The notes below the pieces were generated by a model. It had not been told where the DNA came from, did not search any database, and saw only the letters and a program-made list of their open reading frames with translations. DNA of 56,820 nucleotides from an uncultured virus (IMG/VR IMGVR_UViG_3300025120_000023) (Duplodnaviria > Heunggongvirae > Uroviricota > Caudoviricetes), in IMG/VR virus record IMGVR_UViG_3300025120_000023; one strand, written 5' to 3'. Each line of letters starts with the position of its first letter. The first letter of the stretch is position 1. Both the position numbers and the translations under genes were made by a program. Below are positions 40,677-49,271 of the stretch, piece after piece.

Positions 40677-41410
40677 TACCTTTCAATTTCGTATATTTTT
40701 TCTTTAGGGATGTAGCCTTTTTCTAAGAAATCACTATACATATGCTTCCAACGCAATTTCATGTCTTTTACAACTTTGGTGATTTGCTGAGTGTTAGCGT
40801 TGGTCATCTCGCGAATATAAACGTACAATGCTTTTTTGTTAAAAATTTCAATTCTATCTCTCTTTCTAAACAATTCCAATACTGCTTCTGCTAACCTTTG
40901 ATCACGCTCTTTTTTGTAGTATAATTCAACCTTATCATCCCAATACTCTAAATACTTTTCAAAAAACTTTTCTAAATCTGGACCTTCTTCATCTGCTGTA
41001 GGTGTTGAATCTGCAATCTCTATGGAGAGGTCATAATCAATACGTTTTGTTTCGATTAACTTTTTATAGTTTTTTCTATTCTTTAAAATGCAGTAATTTT
41101 TTGCAACCATGCTGAAATAACTGAACGCTTTGCTTCCCTTCTCTGGTTTGAATTTACCTAGCTTTTCACATAAAAAAGATACAACTTCATGTTGAACTTC
41201 ATGCAACGGAACATTGTCGGTGTAATAAAACTTGAAGGTGTGAATGATGTTTTCAACCAACTTCTCCATTGGTTTTCTAATACCTCTTTCGTATATTCTA
41301 CTCTTTACTTCTGTATCCTCTGTTGCGTTATATTCGATTATAGCCACATCAACCTCAGGACCGAAATATTGTTTTTTACTTTTTCTCGCTCTTTTCTTCT
41401 TTTGCATCAT
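40676..41410 (-). CDS. Phage RNA polymerase sigma factor (T4 gp55-like late sigma)
   Basis: YF...AIIEYN and KFKPEKGSKAFSYFSMVAKNY match sigma region 2 as in gp55-type FDPEK..(P/A)FxYF. Confidence 0.72.
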   Translation of the reverse strand: MMQKKKRARKSKKQYFGPEVDVAIIEYNATEDTEVKSRIYERGIRKPMEKLVENIIHTFKFYYTDNVPLHEVQHEVVSFLCEKLGKFKPEKGSKAFSYFSMVAKNYCILKNRKNYKKLIETKRIDYDLSIEIADSTPTADEEGPDLEKFFEKYLEYWDDKVELYYKKERDQRLAEAVLELFRKRDRIEIFNKKALYVYIREMTNANTQQITKVVKDMKLRWKHMYSDFLEKGYIPKEKIYEIER

Positions 41411-41687
41411 TGCTTATGTATTTTTTAACAAACTCATCTAAGTCTGTGGTTGCTGCTTTTATCTCTTGAAATATATATCCAGTTTCGTCGTCAGCTTCAA
41501 ATGAACCTAAACGATCAATTTCCTGCATTCTCTTGTATGCTTTATCAGTACGAAGTGCTATGACAGATAACATTCTGACATACAATTCAAGAAATCCCAT
41601 TAATTTTTCTGATTTTTTAAACTGAACGATTAGAAGCCATAATGCTACGGCTAACAATACAGACAGTGTTATAACTACTACTAACAT
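41376..41687 (-). CDS. Hypothetical membrane-anchored protein
   Basis: N-terminal hydrophobic helix; GSFEADDETGYIF motif. Confidence 0.65.
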   Translation of the reverse strand: MLVVVITLSVLLAVALWLLIVQFKKSEKLMGFLELYVRMLSVIALRTDKAYKRMQEIDRLGSFEADDETGYIFQEIKAATTDLDEFVKKYISNDAKEEKSEKK

Positions 41688-41688
41688 A

Positions 41689-42432
41689 TTATTTGAATAA
41701 TTTATCGAATGTATTTTTCAGATTATCTTTATCTGAGTCTGTGATGCTTCCTTTTTTCTTAGCAGTTTTCTTTTCTGGAAAAGTAGTTACCGGTTCTTCT
41801 TTCATCATATTAGATTCAATACGAGCTGCCATTGCATCCGCTTGATGTAACACGTAAGGAAGATTAGTACGTAAGGCGCTGTCTGGATTCCAACTAACAT
41901 AATATGGCTTGTTAGATTCTTCATACATACCATCATGTAATTTAATTCCAAACCATTCATTGTCAGTAATAGTAATACCTCTATCGTAAAGAAGTTTTAA
42001 TCCTCTATCTGGAACAGTCATAAAAGCATTTACCGGATTGTTAGTGTACAGCTTTCCTTGATTCTTTCTATGCCAATCAGACGGATTATGAATATACTGC
42101 TCAGCTTCTTCTGTTCCTATCTTTCCTAAGTCATGATTCATTGCAGAAAAGATTAATTCTTCTGTAGTGTAATCTTTTGTTGCTCCATGCTTACTCCAAA
42201 GCTTATCTACATCCAATGCACACTCCATAACACGTATAACGTGATCCACATAACCACCAATAAAGCAATTGTGGTAGTGAGCTGTGCCTGAGGCAGGCAT
42301 CATCATAATACGCTCCTCATGATCTTGATATAACTTCTTTAACTTTTCTTTTCTATCTCCTGTGACGTACTCGTCTATAAAAGACAAAAACTTTTTATAA
42401 TTATCTTGTAATTCTTCTGCTGTGTAACTCAT
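41689..42432 (-). CDS. HD-domain phosphohydrolase (YhaM-like)
   Basis: HYHN..GGYVDH, HDLGKIG, HDG and LHQAD motifs. Confidence 0.85.
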   Translation of the reverse strand: MSYTAEELQDNYKKFLSFIDEYVTGDRKEKLKKLYQDHEERIMMMPASGTAHYHNCFIGGYVDHVIRVMECALDVDKLWSKHGATKDYTTEELIFSAMNHDLGKIGTEEAEQYIHNPSDWHRKNQGKLYTNNPVNAFMTVPDRGLKLLYDRGITITDNEWFGIKLHDGMYEESNKPYYVSWNPDSALRTNLPYVLHQADAMAARIESNMMKEEPVTTFPEKKTAKKKGSITDSDKDNLKNTFDKLFK

Positions 42433-42848
42433 AACTGCTTGCTTAGTTTTTTTAACTGTGATTCTAATTTACGTCTGTATGTAACGCGTTTCTCTTTTTT
42501 AATTTGCTTTTTTAACTTACTTATATTGACAAGAAGTTCTTGATGATCTCGCCTTTTTTGAGATTTACTTCTTGTGTCTTTTTTAGGTTCTTTTCTAGGC
42601 GTTGCAGGCAGTGTTCCTTTTAATTTAGGCTGCTCCACTCCTTTATAATACACTGTGCCATTCTCATGCACAAACACCTTCATAAACTTCCATCCTCTAT
42701 GGAATCCGGAAGGTCTTTTAGGTTTTGGAAGATCATTTGGATCCCACATCTCTCTTACGCAATCAGAACAGTGTTTTAGTATAGTACCTGGAGTAATCTG
42801 ATCTCTGTACTCCATTTGTCCGCAATTTTGACATTCTAAATAAGGCAT
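42429..42848 (-). CDS. Hypothetical basic Zn-ribbon protein
   Basis: CQNC...CSDC; Lys/Arg-rich C-terminus. Confidence 0.65.
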   Translation of the reverse strand: MPYLECQNCGQMEYRDQITPGTILKHCSDCVREMWDPNDLPKPKRPSGFHRGWKFMKVFVHENGTVYYKGVEQPKLKGTLPATPRKEPKKDTRSKSQKRRDHQELLVNISKLKKQIKKEKRVTYRRKLESQLKKLSKQL

Positions 42849-42906
42849 AGCTTTCTACTTGTGTGACTATTATAGTAGTAACTATACAACTTTTTTCTCA
42901 AAAATG

Positions 42907-43356
42907 CTAATTTTCACTAATAGGTTGGAAGGGAAACACAGTCCAAGTTAAACAAAACCATAAAAACTGGCCATTTACCTTACGTTTTGTAACGTAATAT
43001 GGCAACATTCCTTGCTCTTTAAAATCTAAATTAATCGATTTTTTTATGGATTTTTTGTGAGGACTCACGTATATAAGGATATCAAACGCGTTCAAAACCA
43101 TGATATCATGCTCTTTGTCGAGTTCATCTAAGTGATCAGTAATATGATCAAAAAGAGATAATTCCTCGCACAGATAGTCAAAATCCAGCTTCTTTTCACT
43201 GCGACTAAAATGCCACATCCACTCACCTTTGACATTTTCTATAGATGGTGATTCCCCGAAAGCATTTAGGTCTAGACTAGCAGCTGCTTTTGTTATTTGA
43301 TGCTTTGCCTTTGACAAAAAACCATTATCCACTAAAGCATCGTAGTAGCTATTCAT
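42907..43356 (-). CDS. Hypothetical protein
   Basis: 149-aa ORF coupled to the upstream gene. Confidence 0.6.
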   Translation of the reverse strand: MNSYYDALVDNGFLSKAKHQITKAAASLDLNAFGESPSIENVKGEWMWHFSRSEKKLDFDYLCEELSLFDHITDHLDELDKEHDIMVLNAFDILIYVSPHKKSIKKSINLDFKEQGMLPYYVTKRKVNGQFLWFCLTWTVFPFQPISEN

Positions 43357-43357
43357 A

Positions 43358-43624
43358 CTACTTTTTTGATTTTTTAGAAGAGCGTCTTGTTGGTTTTTTA
43401 TTCGTTGCAGGCTTCACTGGCTTATCCATATTAGCTACATGCTCGAGAAGAGAATTTCTTGTTTCTTCTAGCTTTGCTATTTTTTGGTAAGCTTGGTCAG
43501 CCCACCCTTGTATGGCTTTAACCTTGAATTGTAAATCTTTAGTATTTGTATTATTTCTATATAAGACAATAGCTAGCCCTATATTAACAAATACACTAGT
43601 AATTAATAATGAAGTAAATAACAT
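43358..43624 (-). CDS. Hypothetical membrane-anchored coiled-coil protein
   Basis: N-terminal TM helix, short coiled coil and basic tail. Confidence 0.6.
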   Translation of the reverse strand: MLFTSLLITSVFVNIGLAIVLYRNNTNTKDLQFKVKAIQGWADQAYQKIAKLEETRNSLLEHVANMDKPVKPATNKKPTRRSSKKSKK

Positions 43625-43661
43625 AGTATTATGTGTTTTTAAATGTTAATGTATAAACTTT

Positions 43662-43690
43662 AATATCAGAAAAATAATCCAGAAAGTCAA
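43662..43690 (-). promoter_or_regulatory. Sigma70-like promoter TTGACT-N17-GATATT
   Basis: Intergenic with a 17-nt spacer; shares the AGTTG start and pre-minus-10 T-run with 11398-11426 and 45584-45612. Confidence 0.5.
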
Positions 43691-43716
43691 CTATTTTGTC
43701 AGATAAATTTAATTTA

Positions 43717-45033
43717 TTATGATATTGCGCCACCAAAGTAACACAACCATCTGAGGTCAGTATACTTTGTTACTACTAAAACTGCACCTGCAGGCACTGT
43801 TGCTGGGCCGTTGGTAGGTAGCATTGGTAGTAAGTTATCATCCACTCCAGGATACACTTCTAATGTTCTATTACTAACAGTATTGTGAATAGTGTATGTT
43901 GTTCCACGTGAAACTGCCGACACTAACGGAAGCTTGACACCTTTAGAATTATCAGCAGATGTAACAAACACTCTTGACATACCTGCAGCAATCTGAGTAG
44001 CACTATCTTGATTATTTCCAGCAGCTGCAACATCTTGAACCGCTTCTACATATCTAGCGGCTGAAATCTCAACACTTGCAGATATGTTTGGAGCAGTAAT
44101 AAAGCCTGATGCTGTTACGTGAGTTGTTTTTACATTGGCTAGAGCACCAACAGTTAACACACCACTTTGAATGCCTGGATTAAAGGAGAGGCTACTAGTT
44201 ACATTAACTCCATCATTTCCAGACGTAGCATTTCCAAAGTGTATGTTGAAAGCAGCATTTGAATTTTCTGTAGTTATAGCTACGTTAGTTGCGTTAGTTG
44301 CAGTTGTAGCAGTAATTGCATTTCCAGTTAAATCTCCAATAAAACCAACCGACGCACTTATAATGGAAGCTGTTACGTTTCCATTTAAAAATTGAAAACT
44401 TTGATTACTGTCTTTTACTTTAAATATAGTCTCAGCTGAAGCTCCATCTACATCTCCAATATCTACATCAAAGTTTGTTGCTCCTGCATTTAGTTTTATG
44501 GATGGATCATCAGCACCCACTGAATAAATAGAATCTTTAATAAATAAGTCATCTATTACAGTTATATCAGTACCTACTATATTACCACTCGCACTCACAT
44601 TACCTGAGGCTGTCATGTGGCCAACTACATCTAAGTTATCAAGGACTTGTAAAACACTTGTAGCACTCTTTACGATTGGGGTCGTAATTGATATGTCTGC
44701 CGTTACTTTCCCAACAGTATCAAAATTAGCTGCTGTTATGTCTCCACTTGAACTTATATTACCAGATGCTGTCAGATTAGCTGTAATAACTAACGATCCA
44801 GTAATCTGTGCGTTACCGTTATGGGTGCCATCCCACTCAGCAGTTACTCCAGTTATGTTTGTTCCGTCTCCCGAAAAGTCTCCAACGTGAGATCCAGTAA
44901 ATGATCCAGAAAAAGATCCAGAAGCTACTACTTCAGTGGCTGTTGCACCGTCTAGCGCATCAATGATTCGTGTAATATGCTCTGCGTCGATTGTTGAAGT
45001 ATTGCTAATACCAGTTCTTGAAATTGTTGCCAT
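43717..45033 (-). CDS. Tail fibre/spike-like protein
   Basis: Repeated TASGN(I/V)S(S/A)SG beta-repeats, Ala/Thr-rich stretches and a C-terminal knob (GVKLP...YTIHN); follows a late box. Confidence 0.6.
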   Translation of the reverse strand: MATISRTGISNTSTIDAEHITRIIDALDGATATEVVASGSFSGSFTGSHVGDFSGDGTNITGVTAEWDGTHNGNAQITGSLVITANLTASGNISSSGDITAANFDTVGKVTADISITTPIVKSATSVLQVLDNLDVVGHMTASGNVSASGNIVGTDITVIDDLFIKDSIYSVGADDPSIKLNAGATNFDVDIGDVDGASAETIFKVKDSNQSFQFLNGNVTASIISASVGFIGDLTGNAITATTATNATNVAITTENSNAAFNIHFGNATSGNDGVNVTSSLSFNPGIQSGVLTVGALANVKTTHVTASGFITAPNISASVEISAARYVEAVQDVAAAGNNQDSATQIAAGMSRVFVTSADNSKGVKLPLVSAVSRGTTYTIHNTVSNRTLEVYPGVDDNLLPMLPTNGPATVPAGAVLVVTKYTDLRWLCYFGGAIS

Positions 45034-45049
45034 TTATGTACGTGTTTAT

Positions 45050-45058
45050 TATAAATAG
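45050..45058 (-). promoter_or_regulatory. Late-type promoter box CTATTTATA
   Basis: Intergenic; core 17 nt upstream of the ATG at 45033. Confidence 0.6.
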
Positions 45059-45070
45059 CTTGGAATATAA

Positions 45071-45577
45071 TTAAACTTGGAAAATAGAGTCGCTTAATCT
45101 TCCTAATCCATCCGGATGATCCATGCCATACCCAAACACCCACTCATCTTGTAGAGTGTATCCGCAAAAGTCTAGCTCCATTGGACAGTCATGTCTCTTT
45201 AATAAAGTTGCTTTGTAAACGTGTTTTGCTCCTCTATCGTAAGCGAGTTTTTCTAAATATGCCATCGTCTTTCCAGAGTCACAAATATCATCTACCAACC
45301 AAACATCCTTATCTGCCAAATTAATATTCCAATCTTTATATAAGTTAATCTCACCTCTAGCTTGACCTTTATATGACTCAACTCCTACACAATCCACATA
45401 AGCGTCGAATAGTAGGTTTTTAGCTACATCCTGAAAGAATGTAATACCTCCTTGCAGGATTGGTGTTAATACTGGATACAGTGCTTTTGGTTCGTCTGGA
45501 TAAAGACCGTTCATTTTTTCTGCCAGCTCTAAAACTTTGTCCTCTATTGCATGAGGACCAAATAATATTTTTTCCAT
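45071..45577 (-). CDS. hpt: Hypoxanthine phosphoribosyltransferase
   Basis: ILQGG, VESY, PRPP-binding loop LVDDICDSGKT, LLKR and WVFGYGMD. Confidence 0.9.
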   Translation of the reverse strand: MEKILFGPHAIEDKVLELAEKMNGLYPDEPKALYPVLTPILQGGITFFQDVAKNLLFDAYVDCVGVESYKGQARGEINLYKDWNINLADKDVWLVDDICDSGKTMAYLEKLAYDRGAKHVYKATLLKRHDCPMELDFCGYTLQDEWVFGYGMDHPDGLGRLSDSIFQV

Positions 45578-45583
45578 ACACTT

Positions 45584-45612
45584 AATATACGAAAATTATA
45601 TTATACTTTCAA
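45584..45612 (-). promoter_or_regulatory. Sigma70-like promoter TTGAAA-N17-TATATT for hpt
   Basis: Exact 17-nt spacer; the -10 ends 6 nt before the ATG. Confidence 0.62.
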
Positions 45613-45987
45613 CTTTTTACCCGATGTTTTAAAATTAAGTTTACGCATAACTGTTTTAGATATTAAGTCCAGTTTTTTGGTTCTAGGATTGAATCTAAGA
45701 ACAAACGGTACGTTAATATTAGATTCCATATCAGTGATTACAGCCTCTCCACTAGCTCCTAAACTCTTTATCTCCTGTCCGTGATCCTCATATGTCTTTG
45801 TAAACAGATCCTCAATCTCTTCTGGCTCTATTGATTTACGATTACGTATATCGTTTACTCGATCCATAAAATGTCTTGTGAATTCTATATCAATTCCAAT
45901 AGCAGCAAACATCTTATCTAAGTAAGCTTCCACTTCATCTAATTCAGCTTGGTTTACTGATTCTAATATTTGTTGTAGCTTAATCAT
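45601..45987 (-). CDS. Small protein, possible BECR/RelE-like RNase fold, with leader (start revised to 45987)
   Basis: The MIKLQQILE start lies 1 nt after the upstream stop; FTRHFMDR..D.R and terminal KTVMRK pattern. The ORF is solid, the function speculative. Confidence 0.5.
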   Translation of the reverse strand: MIKLQQILESVNQAELDEVEAYLDKMFAAIGIDIEFTRHFMDRVNDIRNRKSIEPEEIEDLFTKTYEDHGQEIKSLGASGEAVITDMESNINVPFVLRFNPRTKKLDLISKTVMRKLNFKTSGKKLKV

Positions 45988-45988
45988 G

Positions 45989-46987
45989 TTATCCTGGTAC
46001 ATCTTCTTCAAACACTATTCCCTCTCCGGTGAGTGTACCATTAACACTACCTACCTGATCAGTTACTGTTGTTCCAGTACCTCCATCATTATCACCCATT
46101 CTATAATAATGTTGGATAGCTATAAATTGGTTACTATAATCAATGCTAGTAGCATCTGTAGGAACACCACTATTATATAAGTTACTTACATCAGATTGAG
46201 CCAAAGATCCAGTAAAGTATACAAATTCATCTATATTGCCGTTCATAAAATCACTTGCACCATTACGTGAACCAATGTGGAATGGTGTTGTGTCATTGGT
46301 AGAAGATCCTGGAGTCATGTTGCTGGTATCAAATGATTCCGCGTGTGTCCCATTTGATGATTGTGATACACGACTAATACCATTTACATATATATCCATT
46401 CCAGAACTACTAAAATTTCCATTATATGTTACTACCAGATGATACCAACCAAGTGATGCGTTTGGAATAATATTACCTCCTCCAGCATTGTCTGATCCAC
46501 TGTGTACAGCAGATCTTACAGTTAATCCCTTAGGATTGTTGGTGACGGGCTCCCGTCCTTGAATTAAAACTTTTACTCCACTAAAACTATCTACAGTTAA
46601 ACTTAATCCTTTATATTCTACACCTCGACCTGAAGCTACTTTACTAGCAATTCTAACTCCGCTTTCTCCTGGATTTGAATCATGTTTTACCCATGTACTT
46701 ATACTAAAAGAACTGGAAGGTGAGATTACCATATTATCACCAAACCCTATAGTACTATCCGCTACATCTCCATCAAATTTAGCAGAGTAGGTGTTTGTAA
46801 AACCACTGGCTGCAGCTGTTCCAGTATTACTACCGTAAGCCTGTAGATGTTGTTGATATCGCAAAAAAGCCTCTTTCCTTCTTCTTTGATCTTGTTTCTT
46901 TTTAGCTTTAAACGCTCCTTCCTCCTGCAACTTTTGTTTTTTTGCTAACTCACGAATATAATCTGCATTCCTTAGAAAATCTTTCAT
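45989..46987 (-). CDS. LamG/concanavalin A-like domain virion protein
   Basis: FSISTWVK, WYHLVVTY, IYVNG, FMNGNIDE and YYRMGD motifs. Confidence 0.82.
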   Translation of the reverse strand: MKDFLRNADYIRELAKKQKLQEEGAFKAKKKQDQRRRKEAFLRYQQHLQAYGSNTGTAAASGFTNTYSAKFDGDVADSTIGFGDNMVISPSSSFSISTWVKHDSNPGESGVRIASKVASGRGVEYKGLSLTVDSFSGVKVLIQGREPVTNNPKGLTVRSAVHSGSDNAGGGNIIPNASLGWYHLVVTYNGNFSSSGMDIYVNGISRVSQSSNGTHAESFDTSNMTPGSSTNDTTPFHIGSRNGASDFMNGNIDEFVYFTGSLAQSDVSNLYNSGVPTDATSIDYSNQFIAIQHYYRMGDNDGGTGTTVTDQVGSVNGTLTGEGIVFEEDVPG

Positions 46988-47856
46988 TTATCTGTAGTAG
47001 TTTCTATTGTAACTTGTATTTTTGGTTCATATCCTTGTGGTAATTTATTTACCAATCCTTTAAAAGTGGAGTTGCCAGCATCATGTCTAAACTCAAATTT
47101 AAGATTACTAAGATCCATCATCACTTGTGAAGATGTTGTAAATCCAAAACTATTATCTCGTCTATACGGATTCATCCACTTATCACTATCATGTTGCTTC
47201 GATAGAGCATCCAATACCTGCTCTTGCGATGAAATATCCGACAATGCATCGTAAGCTATTTGTTGCCTAGACAAAGAAGATTTTCTTTTTAATCCACCCG
47301 TATAACCAGTATCAGGATACTCAACTCCATGGTTAGTTCTTGTCACTACTTCATCAGGACCTATTCGCTTTATTATAGGAACATGTTGTGAAGTCATTTC
47401 AATAATATAGCTATGCTTAGCGTTTGATACAATTGTAAGCCCCTTGACCCCAACATCATCTTCATCATCACCTCTAAAATTAATCACCGATCTCATAGAT
47501 TGTGATAATTTAGATTGTTGTAATGCGGTTCTGATTTTTAATCCATCATAAGAAGGCTTACCATTCTTACCTTTTTTAGCTTTATCTTTTGCTAAATCTC
47601 CCTCTTTTTCATCAAAACCAACCATTAAAGATGCATTTACTACACCAATACCCTTCTCATTTAGACCTTCACTCCAATCGGTTAAGACGTCTCGCATATA
47701 AACCATCTCTATACCATTCACAATTTCGTGCACTACTTCAAGATCTGGAGCATACATTCTATCGCGGTTCTTTGCCAAAACTACATTGCCATCAACACGG
47801 CAGCGCGCAATCACACACTCGTTTAATTCGTGAAGAAGGTTACGTAATTTTATCAT
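46984..47856 (-). CDS. Cys-nucleophile Ntn hydrolase (C45/C59/C69-like) with a 13-residue propeptide
   Basis: C14-VIA...LAKNRD, EGLNEKG and RTNH motifs of choloylglycine-hydrolase-like Ntn enzymes. Confidence 0.75.
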   Translation of the reverse strand: MIKLRNLLHELNECVIARCRVDGNVVLAKNRDRMYAPDLEVVHEIVNGIEMVYMRDVLTDWSEGLNEKGIGVVNASLMVGFDEKEGDLAKDKAKKGKNGKPSYDGLKIRTALQQSKLSQSMRSVINFRGDDEDDVGVKGLTIVSNAKHSYIIEMTSQHVPIIKRIGPDEVVTRTNHGVEYPDTGYTGGLKRKSSLSRQQIAYDALSDISSQEQVLDALSKQHDSDKWMNPYRRDNSFGFTTSSQVMMDLSNLKFEFRHDAGNSTFKGLVNKLPQGYEPKIQVTIETTTDK

Positions 47857-47868
47857 GACAGGCTTTCT

Positions 47869-47877
47869 AATAAATAG
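47869..47877 (-). promoter_or_regulatory. Late-type promoter box CTATTTATT
   Basis: Intergenic; core 13 nt upstream of the ATG at 47856. Confidence 0.6.
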
Positions 47878-47881
47878 TCAA

Positions 47882-48289
47882 CTATTCTTTAGTTTCCTTA
47901 TGCTGATCAATCTTTTCTAGTATTTTCTTGAAGAGGTCTGTTTTTATCCATCCACTCAGCGACGCATTCTTTAATGCGCTAACTATTTGGAAAATTAAAA
48001 ATGGCACAATAACTGTTTCACTTAACCAAGAGGTTCCTACAAAACTCTTCTCTATAGAAAGGAGTACACCTAATATAACCCACCACAAAGCTAAAGTTCT
48101 TAAAACTTTTATTGCTTTATATGTTCTAAATCCTTCTCTTTTAACACCTGCTATAACACCAAAAAAGCCATCCAATAATACAACACAACCTACTGATAAA
48201 AATTGTTCTGCATTATCCATAGCAAGACCTAGGAAGTAAGAACACACAAAGGCGCATGTAGTTGTTATTGAGATTACTGCAGTTTTCAT
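47882..48289 (-). CDS. Holin (phage holin 4-like family)
   Basis: Several TM helices, LDGFFG motif, SALKN and a charged C-terminal tail; overlaps the endolysin stop. Confidence 0.75.
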   Translation of the reverse strand: MKTAVISITTTCAFVCSYFLGLAMDNAEQFLSVGCVVLLDGFFGVIAGVKREGFRTYKAIKVLRTLALWWVILGVLLSIEKSFVGTSWLSETVIVPFLIFQIVSALKNASLSGWIKTDLFKKILEKIDQHKETKE

Positions 48290-49257
48290 AAAGCTTTAAG
48301 CATATCAACTAATTCTAATTGTGGAAAGCAATCAAACTTATCTTTACGAACATTTGTGTGAGTCCATAATCCAAATTGCTTTGCATTATAAGCATCTGAG
48401 TTAAACTCAAAAGCATCTTTAGGATGTACTCCCTCTTTTAGGAGTTTAGGTAATCCATTAACCAGATCCATTTTTGGATAAATGTCTTTAAGATGTAATA
48501 TAAGCAATCGAAGAGCTTCAATCTGCTTTTCTGTATAAGCATGCCAGTATTGGTGTCCTCTAAACTTATAACCTAAATCACAAACAAATTCCGGTTTAAC
48601 TTCTGTATTAACATATGTGTAATATTTGTCTCCAGAGGTCGAAGGTTTCTTAGTTAGGTATCCAAAGTTATTAAGCTCTACTCCTCCAGACATCTTTGAA
48701 ATTGCAAACTTACCCACTTTACCTAAGTGCCAACCTACGTAATTATTAGGAAAACACTCTACGACAGTTCCGTCGTATTTAGCTTCTTTACCCTTTACAT
48801 TAGAACCTCCAATACAGTACTGAGTAGCTACTCTTCCTCGCTTATCCTTGTTCCAGCTGTGTATGGTGTTGTATGGATTGTCCCAACCAGCAGTGTGATG
48901 TATAAAGAATCCTAACGGTTCAATCTTGCCATAATCTCTTACATACTCATCAGAATCCAAATACACCTTATCAATCACAAGACCACCTTTAGTTGTGTAT
49001 GTTCCGTGTTTTGCTAACTTATCATCCTTATCATACGCTGTATCTTCAGCCGTAGTGTCCTTAGTGTTATCTGTGTCAATTCCTGCAGCTTCCCATGTTG
49101 CTCGACCAACAATTCCATCTGCTACCAAGCCATTTTTCTTTTGCCACTCAACTGTCAACTTCTCTGTACCTGCACCAAATATTCCATCTGCTGGCGTACC
49201 TATCACCTTCTGCCACTCCTTTACTTCTAAACCTCTACTTCCTTTTTTTAACAACAT
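48286..49257 (-). CDS. Endolysin: PG-binding domain plus N-acetylmuramoyl-L-alanine amidase (Amidase_2)
   Basis: LKKGSRG..VKEWQ and two DGIxG repeats; IHHTAG, WHLG, GVEL and TH....KFDC zinc-amidase motifs. Confidence 0.9.
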   Translation of the reverse strand: MLLKKGSRGLEVKEWQKVIGTPADGIFGAGTEKLTVEWQKKNGLVADGIVGRATWEAAGIDTDNTKDTTAEDTAYDKDDKLAKHGTYTTKGGLVIDKVYLDSDEYVRDYGKIEPLGFFIHHTAGWDNPYNTIHSWNKDKRGRVATQYCIGGSNVKGKEAKYDGTVVECFPNNYVGWHLGKVGKFAISKMSGGVELNNFGYLTKKPSTSGDKYYTYVNTEVKPEFVCDLGYKFRGHQYWHAYTEKQIEALRLLILHLKDIYPKMDLVNGLPKLLKEGVHPKDAFEFNSDAYNAKQFGLWTHTNVRKDKFDCFPQLELVDMLKAL

Positions 49258-49271
49258 ATTTTATTTTTTTA

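Noticed and set aside
42849..42906. Possible promoter (TATAAT on the minus strand) upstream of 42848
   Set aside because: No TTG element at 17-nt spacing and no match to either promoter class; not distinguishable from AT-rich background.
45988..46011. ORF-track start at 46011
   Set aside because: It lies within the LamG gene; the ATG at 45987 follows that gene's stop by 1 nt and gives the leader-type N-terminus.
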